The notes beneath the pieces were generated by a model. The model was given only the letters and a program-made list of their open reading frames with translations. It made no database searches and was not told the DNA's origin. A DNA stretch of 64,000 bases from Macrostomum lignano. Lineage: Eukaryota. The stretch spans positions 62,001 to 126,000 of the forward strand of contig NIVC01001696.1 of assembly GCA_002269645.1 (NCBI GenBank), given 5' to 3'. Made by a program: the position numbers and the translations under genes. Of the stretch, positions 50,393 to 64,000 are shown piece by piece (within the stretch, counting starts at the first letter, position 1; each line of letters opens with the position of its first letter).

Positions 50393-51166
50393 CACTTCAC
50401 CGCGTCTATCCTGAAAAAACCAGGCGCCCTCCTGTCTTTAATGAACCAGGCATTTGGTTATCCATCAAAAATGCATGTACTTTTCTTCGCCCGTATACTG
50501 TGATTCCAGTTCCTATACACGTACATACCTACCCTGTATCAACCATGGAACACTGTCTTACCCTGAATATAATTAATCGCAATATATGCGTATACCATAC
50601 ACATAGCAGAGCGGCAGCTCTCTGAATTCCTCATTAAGAATTCCTGCCTTTACTGTTCCCCAAACTACAACTACGCCTGACAACTTGGCAGTCGGATGAA
50701 CTATTGGGAAGGTAAGCCCGTATGAAATCTATTCTTTGCCCAGAGTCAGGAGATAAAGTAACGTGAATGTGCTTAGTGTTTGTATCTAGATCCTTTACTT
50801 ACAAACCCTATAGTTCTCCCATCAACCGATCACTTGAAAAAATTTTCTACCCTTGACATTCCACCCCTCTGATACAACTGTCTTTAGTCATAGCATCACT
50901 ATACAGAATCAGAATGGCTTGCAGACGCGTTCATTCCAAACGGTAGCCAATACGGGTTTTTAGATGAAAGTATACGATGTCCTCCCACTCCAGTGTTACT
51001 GTAAGTACACTCAAATCTGTGGCGTACGCAGACGGAGACCAGAGGTCCACTCGAATCGCTCCCATAAAAACTGCGTTCCATGACAAACTACAGCTCGACG
51101 AACGACAATAGCTCAACTTTTGACAATCTCTTAGACCGTGGCATCCACCAGCCGGAGAAGTAGACA

Positions 51167-51842
51167 CGGGCGCCCACCAAGAGACAGGGGCGCCCACCAA
51201 GAGACAGGGGCGCCCACCAAGAGACAGGGGCGCCCACCAAGAGACAGGGGCGCCTACCAAAAGACAAGGGGGCCCACCAAGAGACAGGAGCGCCAACCAT
51301 GAGACAGAGGCGCCCACCAAGAGACAGAGGCGCCCACCATGAGACAGGGGCGAGGGGCGCCCACCAAGAAACAGGGGAGCCCATGAAGAGACAGGGGCGC
51401 CCACCAAGAGACAGGGGCGCCCACCATGAGACAGAGGCGCCAACCAAGAGACAGGGGCGCCCACCATGAGACAGAGGCGCCAACCAAGAGACAGGGGTGC
51501 CCACCAAGAGACAGGGGCGCCCACCAAGAGACAGGGGCGCCCACCAAGAGACAGAGGCGCCCACCATGAGACAGGGGCGAGTGGCGCCCACCAAGAAACA
51601 GGGGAGCCCATGAAGAGACAGGGGCGCCCACCAAGAGACAGGGGTGCCCACCATGAGACAGAAGCGCCAACCAAGAGACAGGGGCGCCCACCAAGAGACA
51701 GAGGCGCCCACCATGAGACAGGGGCGAGGGGCGCCCACCAAGAAACAGGGGAGCCCATGAAGAGACAGGGGCGCCCACCAAGAGACAGGGACGCCCACCA
51801 TGAGACACGGGCGCCCACCAAGAGACAGAGGCGCCCACCAAA
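51167..51842. repeat. GC-rich about 21-bp minisatellite (GGGCGCCCACCAAGAGACAGG) with a higher-order block repeated three times
   Basis: The block ...GGGGCGAGGGGCGCCCACCAAGAAACAGGGGAGCCCATGAAGAG... recurs near 51345, 51575 and 51720. Confidence 0.93.
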
Positions 51843-52810
51843 ACCAAATTTAAAAAGATATTTTTTTCATAACGTCAGTTTGTTTCAATCTTTTTGGAAA
51901 ATTGAAAAGCTTTCTGCATCACAACATTTTTCAAATTCGAATTTAAAATGATCATAGTGTGACGTTTTTGCAGGCGAGTTTTTACCATAGTGCTAAGTGT
52001 ACTCAATACGACCCTTGTGTGCCATTAGCACTGCGCCTCAGTGCAGCCTTGCCTAGCCTCCAAATTTCACCAGCACGTCGACCACATGTGTCTGCAGCAG
52101 CTTGATTTCGTTTGTCACTGGCCTTCACCCAGGCGGCTTCCAGATGCAGACAGCGCCTGCCTCATAGTACTAAAAATCTTCAATTCTCTCAATTGGCCGT
52201 ATGAATAAAGTGAGTAGTTGCTCAAACTCGGCGAGATTCTCAAATCGGTATGAATAAAATGAGTGCGTCCTCCTGAGCAAGTGCTCAAAATCGATTTCCC
52301 AAGAGTTAGTGCTCTCCCGAGAGCAAATGCTCGGTGACTGAGTAGAGACTCGCTTCAGTATGAATAAACTCTGGTCATAGACAAATTGTCTTGAGATCTT
52401 GCTCAGCAAAAGTTGAGTCTCCTCTGTAGTAGACTCATTGGTTGAGCAGCATCCAGCCACTGCTTTGAAAGTGAATCTTCCTACTTGTGTTATTCCAGAT
52501 GGCCGAATCCATTCCAGACAGAGTGCCTGCGGAGCGAAAACTATATATCGAGCGACACAGTATGGACGTGTATCGCGATGAGTACAAGCGGCTCTTTCGT
52601 TTCTCTCGTGAAAGCGTTTCCTTTATTCTTTATCCAGCAGACAAGGATGTTGCACGACTGCGCGTGCAAAGATCTCGTCGTCGTCAGTTTCTACCAGGCA
52701 CATCTCTGTTGAATTCCTGTTGAAATCAAACTGACTCAAAGCTAAGCTAAGTCAGTTTCTACTTCAAGACAGACGCTAGGACGAAAGATAAGGCGATTTA
52801 TAGGCCGATC

Positions 52811-53346
52811 TATTATAGCTTTTTGCGTTCTAGTTTGGACTGCGGGCTTTTAATTTGGACACAGAGTTGAGCAGAGCCCAGAGAATGCTGGCTAGTCTAT
52901 GGCACAAACCAGAAGCAACTGACGGGCTTTTAAATTCGACAGCGGGCACAAATTTGGACACAGAAGACAAGACGATCAAAGTTAAGAACGACAGTAATCA
53001 GTTTTTCAGGGTAGGTTATGAATCTGCATATTTGACCCAAACATTGAACTTATCCAAACCGTCAGATACAATTTTCTAAAACTTTAAACTAAGACTTTTG
53101 CGTTGTCAGAGCCTGTTTCTTCCTTCTAAAAAACTCGTCGTGTACTTTGTGCGCTGGCTCAAGAAAAAACATGCAAGAGAAAGGGGAAGGAAAAGACTTC
53201 CAAATTTGTGCCCGCTGTCGAATTTAAAAGCCCGTCAGTCGCTTCTGGTTTGTGCCATAGACTAGCCAGCATTCTCTGGGCTTTGCTTAACTCTGTGTCC
53301 AAATTAAAAGCCCACAGTCAAAACTAGAACGCAAAAAGCTATAATA
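52811..53346. mobile_element. MITE-like element with about 148-bp terminal inverted repeats and a possible TA target duplication
   Basis: 52811-52958 is the near-perfect reverse complement of 53199-53346. The ends are TA|TTATAGC...GCTATAA|TA. Confidence 0.85.
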
Positions 53347-54060
53347 ACTTAGTGCTCGAAAAGCATAACTTGAATAGGTTTTTACCACAGACACAAACTC
53401 ACCGACTACAAGGTCAGCTGCACTGATACTACCAAGGAGTTACTACAGCATGTGGCAGCGGATGGAGAAAGTATAGCTAGATACTGAACTAAAGCTTATT
53501 TAGCAAGCGCTGGATCCTAAAGCGGAGTCTCCAAAGCTTCCGAGCATAAATAAACAGTTTTGGAAACATGAATTTTTCATGCTTTTGTCGAGTGTATAGG
53601 ATAATCGTCTACTAATCAGTAGCAAGACTAGAATCTCTTCTAGTTCACGCAAAAACGAACTTACGAAATGATAGGTAGATATAACTTTGAATGTCTCTCT
53701 CTACAGTTGACGTCCTAGCTCAGTGGTTTTGACCAGCTGACAACGAGTAAAAGATAAAAGTTGCCTATCGTACGTTTGAATCTCAGTCTTAGAGTCACAT
53801 GTAAACGCTCCCAGAGTTGACAGAAAAAAAACAATATGCTATAAAAGGACAGATCGAGACAGCACTTTTAGCAACTTCAGACGCTAAAGTGCAGTTCCTT
53901 GCGTTGGCAACGCATGTATTTGTTTAATTTATCAATTTTTTCCGAATAATTATCGAGCTATCGAGTCTAAATCAAATTGTTTTCTCTCATGGCAACAGGC
54001 TTTGCCGTATTGCAACCTCCATTCTGCATAATTCAATCCCAAAAAACGAACTTGTTGGCC

Positions 54061-56455
54061 TTATCCACACTGATTCTTTCCACACTGATAAGCTCTAGCC
54101 AGGTCTCTGTTATTTGCCAAAATACTTTCAAAGCGACCCCGGTTACTAATTAGCCTATCATCAGCAGCCATTGGTTCAACTTCGCCTCCGCAGAACAGTT
54201 GAGCAGCCAATGGAAACAGGAGCTGCTTGAAGTCGTGGACTTGATGCTTGCAGAACGCGTTGACCTGGTTCATCCTACTGTCAGATGACTTGATGGCTTG
54301 AAAAACTTTTACAGTCAACTCCATGATAGCAAGGTCCTGGATGAGAATCCGACTTAACCTGAGCTTTGCTTCCTTATTGGCGAACTCCGTTGCATTGTTT
54401 GATTGGGCAGTGGAGTTGGTCGGACTACTAAGAAGTACCAATGAGTTGTTTGTAACGCAGATTGCAGCAGAAGTCTTTGCTTGGCAATAAAATCCTCATT
54501 AGCTCTTTCGATCTCCTCGATGGCCGCTTCTCCGCTTTCCGCTGCACTGACCAAGGGTTTGTTTTCATTCACGGTGCAGTTGAAAAATGTTTTTACTGTA
54601 GAAGTAGTGCGCGCATCCGCAATAGCACTGGTTGGCCAATGCCCAAAGTTAACAACATTGGCCAACGCTTCTGCGAGCAGGAAAGTCAGTCGAACCGAAT
54701 TGAACAGTTCTGGGCTGTGGCCGGCATAAATTGGATACGTGATCAGGCCAATTGGAATGCCAATAATGTTTCCAAATGTTTGCTTCATATTAATCTGTTT
54801 AGTTGCCAGGGGATTTTTCAGTAAATATTGGGTCTCAGGATTTTCGCGGTAAGCGGCGCTCAACTCAACTCTCCATTGAGCTTGCAGACAAGTTATAAAA
54901 GAACGACCAAAATGAGGTTCTTCTGTAGTTTTAAGTCTGTCCAGAGCCTGAGTGTAAATCTGCTCCATCTGGGGGTCTGTCAGCTCGAGAAATTCTGTCA
55001 CCGGCCGAACGTTGCTCAAAATGTCTTCATACATATTTTTCCTGCGCGGCGGCAACCACCTCAGCGATAACAAACTATCCACTGTGACATTCTTCAATAT
55101 CTGAAAAATTTCAACTGCATGAGAAATGTCACTTGGCATAGTTATGTGCGTTTCTTTGTACATGCTGGTTAGGACAGGTTGAAGCAGATTCTGCGTCACA
55201 ATCAAACAGTTCTTTTCCATGGATTTAGTTTTGCTTCTTAATAGTGAATGGGAGTCCTTCGGGTCCATTAACTTGTCCAGTCCGTTAATTGAGACAAAAA
55301 TATTTAATAACCAATCGAACAATAGAAACCTTGTGTACCGGGATGAAGTCATCATACTCAATGGTATCTCATGGGGCAACCGACTTAGAAAAAAATTTAC
55401 ATAGTTGACTACGAGTATTCTCACCAAGTTATAGTGGTCCATTTCTAGATCAATCATTGAAATATTAGTAGATGCTGTTAGTTCTTGGAAAAACAATGTC
55501 CAAGAGAAACTCATATCCTCTGCATCGGTTGCCCACTGAGTAATATTGTTTAGTTCATTCACACTTACCCTTTCGAGGCATCTGTCACTCTTTGATCCTA
55601 GATTTTCAGCAAAAAACCTTGTTCGCTTTGTATCATTCTCAAGAACTTGTAAAATTGATTCTATCATCCATGCCGTTTCGTTGGCACTCATACTCAATGA
55701 CGGGGCTATTCTGTATCGATTAATGTAGTCAAAAATTATTTCAAAATCCACTACGTCTGTCTTATTTTGCGTCGTACTTTGAAGCCGCTTACCAAAGAAG
55801 TAGTCAAAGCAACGCAATTCCATCAAAAGAGCCACACGTCGCGACTCTTTTTTTGAGACTCCATTTATAACATGCATATTTTTTCGCTTTTTGATGCAAC
55901 GGAATCGATTCGTAAAGTAGTTGGCACTCCGGTTCTAATTAGCAGCGCAAGCAGAGCCTCCAGTCGTAGTCGGCCTTCTTGTCGATTCGCCTCGGCCTCA
56001 AGCTGACTAAGCATCTCGTCGAATGCCAGTCGAAAGAACGATCCAATTGATTCCTCTTCGGATTCATTAAATTTCTTGCCAAAGTCCATGCAGTCCCGGT
56101 AAATGCGAGCAGGAAGAGCTAATAGTTTTTTCACCACGTTTTTTTCGTTGCCACTTTTTGCGTGTATGGATTCGTTCAGCAGCTTATATAGCTTGTTGTC
56201 CATGTTTTCTTGGGCTTGCTCTGCCATGCTGCTCTTACTATCAGTGTCGCCGCACGTCACTTGGAACATGTCCATGCAGGGCTCTACGGATTGGCTCGTC
56301 CAACCTGTAGCGTCGCCACTGAGCTTTTTAACGCAGCTCAAAGCGTCTTGGTAGTTGCCAGCTGGCGACTGAACCGCCGTCTTTGCCGGCCCAGCCCATA
56401 CGATCGACACCAAGAGAACAGACAGAGCCACGTTCAGTGCGAGTCTGCCGTCCAT
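54061..56455 (-). CDS. Secreted M13/neprilysin-like protein, predicted catalytically inactive; two 1-nt homopolymer frameshifts (about 798 aa if restored)
   Basis: Signal peptide; SVEPCMDMFQVTCG and RIYRDCMD (M13 N-domain); NIIGIPIGLITYPIY; QLLFPLAAQLFC; ILANNRDLARAYQC (C-terminus). The HEITH position reads EALAN. Frames join by adding 1 nt at 55879-55884 and at 54489-54492. Confidence 0.82.
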
Positions 56456-59400
56456 TTTTTCGAATTTACTGTTTTGCTTGTTGTTCCTGGAAAATAAATA
56501 GGTTAGTAGTTTTGAAAGCGATCAACTACATGTCATGGTAGCACATTTACAACTTTTTGGCATAGTTTTAACTACATCAGAAGTGAGTCACTAGACTTAT
56601 CAATGGGTGTTAGGTTAAGCTATCAGCAGTTGTTACACCGCTCTGTGCCGCTTTCCTCTAGTTCGTATATGCAGTCACCGTTAGCAAGTGGCAAAACATG
56701 AATATGTATTTTAAATAAATAAAATTTATGCATTAAGCCTGTCTGGACAAACCCTCCCAATGAACTGAAATAGCTTATATTGAATTAGATCTGATAAGTC
56801 ATCAAATTTGGATCACAAGATGCTCGCTCGAGGCGTATGCCGCTGATAGTGTCACAAATATTGGCTAAGATTCCATAATTTCTATGCGTGATCCCTGATA
56901 GTTCCCTGATTGCATGATAACTACTAAAAATGCGGGGTACTCCGATGTTGGCAGAAGCCACAATTTATTGCGAGAAGGCGGTAAAATACCGAACGGCTAA
57001 GACACATGTAGCTGGGTCTAACAGTGCACTCAAATTTCTATCATTTTCTACCAGAAATTATGTCTGGACCAGCTCGCATAGGTGTTTTCAGCATGCAAGT
57101 GACGTATGAGACAGACTAGGCTTATGGGCTAAGGTCTGCGATGCGCGAAGCCTGCCCCTATCTTCAGCAGGTAAAGGCTGGTATGAGGTCTGCACCCTCT
57201 ATTTGCCTCTGACAGCCGCAGACCCCCAACACCACGCTGTCTCGCAAGCCGACCCAGGGGTACCCGTCCCCGCGAGTGTTCAAGGCAGACCCTAGGGCGG
57301 CTGGACAGACTGGGCTCCGACGCTGCCTATCCAGTGGCTTTTTGCCAAACTTGGGTATGCTGGTCTGGCTCGCCAGTCCGCAGGCCGTAGTACTGCTCAA
57401 CGTATCCTCTAATGCTTAAGGTGTTCGGCCGTGCCGATGGGCTGGAAGGCCTGGGAGTAGTCCCGTCGCTAGCGGTCCCCCTCCTGGTACCGCACCCCTT
57501 CGAGGGTAGCTAACCAACCTTTATCATGGCCTTCGAGCCGACTATGGATAAGAAATCGTCCATAGCAACGCGTCGGCCGTTCAGGGATTAGCGGAATGGG
57601 CGTCCGCGCCTTCCCTCTGAACTGAAAAATTTAGAATAACCCGTAGATGAAATCAAAATGCTTACGCTGCAGCAGATGTTGTGTCGTAGATAAAATAGTA
57701 GCTTGTTGCTTTAGCTCAAATATTTAGCTTGCTTGAATTATAAATTCGAGGCTTGTTAGCCCAGATAGTCAGTAAATATACATGTAGTTATAATACACCA
57801 ATGCCCTCGTGTTTAAATTTAAAGTTAAATTTAGTTTAAAGTTAAAGTTAAATTTAAATTTAAAGCCCAATGATATATTCGTTGCATTACATGTATAGCA
57901 AAATTTTTCGAGCATTGAAGGACTCTGACCAATAAGTGACCAGTCATTCAGATATATAAAATTTTAACATTGTTACGATAATTTTTAACTAATGAATCAC
58001 CAAGAAAAATGTGACAAAATTAGGAAAATGGCTATGGTCCAATAGTCTGTATAAGCAGCAAGTATTGACATGGCATTTGTAAATTCACGACTTATTTCAA
58101 AAGTAAAGGTTGTCCCGCCGTCAAGGAAGAAACAGGAATTTTCCCAGCTTAACCATTAGTCACCCGAAGACTGGTTGCCACCACTCGGATTAGCCAGAGG
58201 TTGACATCCAAGCACAAGGAGAGAGACAAGGCCTCACAGTGCAAAAGCAGATGGCGCCACCTATAATCCTTAAAATGAAATGGCGAGCCTTCAAATGCAA
58301 TGTTATAACATAACCCCTGATGAATCAGCGCCCTTTCAAATCAAGCGGCGCCCCTCAAAACGAACGCGCAATCAATGAAAATTCCTGGATAGGCCGTGAA
58401 TGGAGCTTTTAGCAGTTATTGAACATCAATGCATCAATATTTCACAGTTTCGAAATTAATTCGATAAATCTTTTAACCCGTTTGCCATGGCCAGACTTAC
58501 AAGTAATGGAAGCTTTGCCAACAAGCTCATCGAATGTCGTGAAACGAGCTTTTCAAGTGAAAGGTAATTTTCAACCCAACGGAGTTATTATAAGTACACT
58601 AAAAGAAGAGGTGACCCATTGATCGTTGGAATGCGGTAAAAGGCGTTAGAGAGAGTTTAGCCGTGACGAGCAATAACTCTACTAGTTGCGTCATGTGGAG
58701 CCTATACCTGTCAACTACAAATACAGCTTTTATGAGACGTCTGTAATGCTTGAGCCGGTGAAATCCCCTATGCACCATCTAGGACAATTGGATAACAAGG
58801 CACTCATCATTCAGCTGGTTTTAACGATGCCACAGCTAGTTTCGTATAGGCTGTCTGACCTGTGCTGTTCGGAAAGTAAGCGAACGCTTTCGAAAAGTCG
58901 GCAATGGTAGATTGTGTATATGGTTTTTTATGGCTTTTTATGAGTCGTAAAAAATTAATCATTGTCTATACCTCCGATATCTCGTGAAGTTATACACGAT
59001 GACGTCATTCCTGGCTGTTCCGAGCGACTACCTGGGATGTCTTTTGGCTGCAGTCTGTTAACAGTTTGTTAAAGCGTTGTACCATCTACAAATAGCCATT
59101 ATAGTAGTTGTCATTTGAACTTAGCCTGACAAATTAAATAAATCAATTGTTTCACTATAATCGCGAGCTGCTGTTATGTCAAGATGTATTACGAGCATAA
59201 ATAGTAATTTAAAGAGTATTTTATTCCTCTAACCCGCTAAATACTTTGCAGTTTAGAAAAACTTTATAATTACTTCAAACAAAAAACCAACTTTATTTTA
59301 AAAGAAGAGTTTGGTTGAATGGAAAGTTAATTATTGCGGCTGAAAAGTTTTCGAGTTCTTTTCTAGTAGTTTTTCCGGGTGAATTCCAACCTCAGCTCGC

Positions 59401-59602
59401 TATATAAACTCAAAATTCAGTATAATTGTCGAATTCCGTTGCAAATAGCCGTGGATATCTTGCGGATCTGGTTAATTTCATCACAGATAGCGTACGTACT
59501 GACGTTTCCCTCAACCGCTTCCGGTTTTTGTTGAAATTTGAAACATAGTCCAGCTTAGTGAGTGAGGGACATTAAAAGCTGTAGTTTTTGGCATGAATTT
59601 TG

Positions 59603-60971
59603 ATGAGCTCCATCAGACTCCATCAGAAATTCTACTCAACTGTCGAAAGAACGGCAAAAATGCGACGCGCTTTGGTTGAGAGCCTTGCCTCGAGCTCCGC
59701 TCACGGCATTAGCCGGGCCGTCTCAGTGCGCAGTCGGCAGCTCAAAGTTATCTGGCTGCTGCTGTTCCTGGCATTCACGGCCCTGTTCTGCAAGGACGCG
59801 CTGGAACTGGTGGGCAAACTCATAAACGCAAGTATCGTAACCACTAGTGAAGTGGACAGTGTGCCATTCGAGTTTCCCGACTTGTTCGCCTGTCCGAGGC
59901 ACCCGATTTCCGGCAGTATTCCGTACGCACTCAGTGAATCAGAGGCGGCAACGGCAAATGAGGAGATTTTCAGGCTGGAGTTGCTATACGAAAGACTGAA
60001 GGACGAGAAAGGTGAACCAAAATATTTGATTCTGGAGACTAGGTCGCGCATAATACTGAACTCTTTGCCAACCGAACTGCTGAATAAGATAATACTTAGC
60101 AGAAGTCAGTCAATAATCATGAAAAGTAACAATTCAGGAGTCGATAATGAAACCGCATTGTTTTCGGAGATGAAGGTTTTATGCTTTAAAATCCCTGCTA
60201 AGAACATGGGACGTTCAGGATTACCGCCTGAGCTAATCAAGTTGGACACGCTTGAGTTGGAGTTGTTCACGGATCCCTATGATTCACACTTTAATTATAC
60301 TGGCAGCCCTATTCGTGAAATTATGGACCTCCGCAACACTAGTAGAAGAGCACCAGTATCTCATTGGGATCTCGAGAAAGGCCTTCGAGACCCTGTGTCT
60401 GATTCTGGTTTCTCTCTTCTCCTCGTGCCAAGAGGCACCTACCCGTCCGTTTTGATCGAGCCGTCGGTAAGCTTGGCCCCGGGACATTCCTATGACATTT
60501 CGCTCAGCATGGAGCAGGTCACCTACAGCGAGGAACTACAAAGAAAGAGCTGCACAATTAAGGAGCCCAAACTGCAGTTCGTGGATTTATTGAACGGTGG
60601 AATGTTGGAGTACGAATACAGCTATGCGGGGTGTCTGATCGACCGGTTGTCACGCAAGAAAGAAAAAGACTCCGGAGGATACGTTTGGCCAAGCTATCAG
60701 GTTCCCTGGGACCTGCGCGACAGCCTGCGATGGGAGACTCTGCCGGACATTCTGGTGGAGATGGGGCGCAGTCCCGCCGAGTTTTTTGGCAATCCGAACG
60801 AGCTTCCTAACTGTCAGCAGCCATGTCAGCGGCTTCGATACAAGGCCAGCATTTCGGCTACGAATTGGCCAACTTTTAATCGCAACTATTCACATGGCTT
60901 TTGGAATGTATCGGCTGGAAAACAGCCAGCGTTGGCCCAATTGGCAAATATGGCTAAGCAGTTGGCTTTGG
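59603..60971 (+). CDS. DEG/ENaC (ASIC/FaNaC-like) channel subunit, exon 1
   Basis: SSAHGISRAV...KVIWLLLFLAF (HG motif, TM1); FEFPDLFAC; YSYAGCL; CQQPCQRLRY. Phase-1 donor is G|GTACTG at 60972 or alternatively T|GTATAG at 60999. Confidence 0.88.
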
Positions 60972-61059
60972 GTACTGAAGCTTCGATCTTTAGATTATGT
61001 ATAGATCTAATAGTCTATCCCATCATTTTTAATCCACTTCTTTGAAATTTAAATTTCAG

Positions 61060-61409
61060 ACAATCATTCGTCACATTTAGAAGCGACATTTCGCAGTCGG
61101 GTGGCCAATTCAATGCTGAGAATAAAAATTTCTGCCGACAGTCCGATGTCTACTCGCCTGGTGATTGCCAAGTCCTACTCGACCACTGCCTTCCTGGCCG
61201 ATGTTGGAGGAGTTCTGGGCCTGTACATAGGGTGCAGCCTGCTGACTGTATGCGAGGTCATTGAGCTTATTTACCACCTGGTGGCCAGCATCGTTGGTAG
61301 CAGACCGGGCCCTAAGCAACAGGAAGAGATTAAGGAGGCGGATGCTGCAGATGTCTATACTCTCGAAGAGAAAAATGATATTCCAAACACCGTAACTGAA
61401 AATTGTTAA
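61060..61409 (+). CDS. DEG/ENaC subunit, exon 2 (TM2)
   Basis: Acceptor tttcag|AC; FLADVGGVLGLYIGCSLLTVCEVIEL; AATAAA at about 61426. Confidence 0.88.
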
Positions 61410-62327
61410 TGTAGATTTTGAATGTAATAAAAATGAAAAAAAACTGGCGATAGAAAGTTTTTGTGTGAGTTGCGATACTTTGTTAAAGAAGTCTTATATA
61501 TGTGAGCTTTAAAAAAATAATGTTTTGTTATTGTTGTTATTGTTAACACGTAGAAGAAATTAGCAATGCATTTTCAATAAGAAAATAAGTAAAAATCAGC
61601 TGGTCAATACGCTATTTAGCAGTTAAAAAAATCGGTTCAGGCATTCAGGCTGTGGACTGAAATACCGGTCAGACAGACAGACAGACAGATCTTAGAGATT
61701 TAGTATATTGTGATTAATAGCTTAATATCAGGAAGAATATTGGAAGCTTCTTAATTGTCCATCTACTTTGCGCAGTACATTAGGGTGGATGACGCAACCT
61801 GGTAGATAAGGTAACACTTGACAGACAGCTAAAACAGGTCTCGTGTAGAAGCTTATTTTATCTTGAAGGCTGCGTCTCAACTTGCCTTTTGATCCAATTA
61901 GAGAAAGTCCAGGTCAAATGGCATCGTATTGCAGAACGTTCTCAACCGCCGCCGGAAACAACGTTGCCCACTGGCTGTTGGATGCGAGGTACGAACGTTT
62001 TAACAGCTTAAGATTTATTTTTTGAGCTTTTTTCGCAAATCAACAGAGAACTAATTAATGCGTCTGTTGGAATATGACGGAGTTCGAACGATTTGCATGA
62101 CGTGGTAAAGCATTTTCATAGACTTTTTATTGCATTACTCTGAGATTCTTTTCTGTTGACATAAATCTCACTGTTGTAGCCATCTAAAAATATACTTGAT
62201 GGCTGTTTACGACAACCATAAAATGAGCCACCGCACAGAACCACCTAGATTGTTCTGCTAAAATATTTTTTATTCCATAAAGTTGTATTTATCATTAGTT
62301 CTCACTGTTGTCACACAAAAATACAGC

Positions 62328-64000
<1,673 letters not shown>

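Noticed and set aside
50931-51951. Hydrophobic (VGAPVSWWAPLSLGG)n and basic ORFs as membrane proteins
   Set aside because: Products of the 21-bp GC-rich minisatellite; indels shift frames between units.
52170-52723. Harbinger/ISL2EU-like transposase fragments (EYKRLFRFSRESV; HSFYSYRFENLAEF)
   Set aside because: Only faint motif resemblance, on opposite strands, with no DDE core; cannot be supported without a search.
57120-57600. GC-rich segment that could be a LINE 5' end or structured RNA
   Set aside because: No second copy in the window, no ORF motif and no recognisable ribozyme or Pol III core.

Overview
Eukaryotic (metazoan) genomic DNA with spliced genes and very high tandem-repeat content. 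The style is consistent with a free-living flatworm such as Macrostomum, but that is inference and was not verified. Bases 1-16712 are a 27-bp satellite interrupted at 4641-8418 by a decayed DIRS/Ngaro-type retrotransposon (SAP/CCCH gag, RT, RNase H; no tyrosine recombinase visible; contains a 176-N gap). The whole block lies inside intron 2 of a minus-strand FANK1 orthologue (exons 18097-17963 and 17143-16750). The rest of the window holds a two-exon small 4-TM protein, an intronless divergent Ser/Thr kinase, a two-exon disordered polyQ protein, and two paralogous peptide-type class A GPCRs (the second has one in-frame TAA). It also holds a secreted M13/neprilysin-like protein lacking HExxH and split by two homopolymer frameshifts, and a DEG/ENaC subunit. 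Between the genes are GATA, CT and TCTG microsatellites, 15-, 21- and 30-bp minisatellites, a SINE-like family, two long inverted-repeat elements and a telomere-like patch. There are no rRNA, tRNA or CRISPR features. All calls were made by eye; no searches were run.
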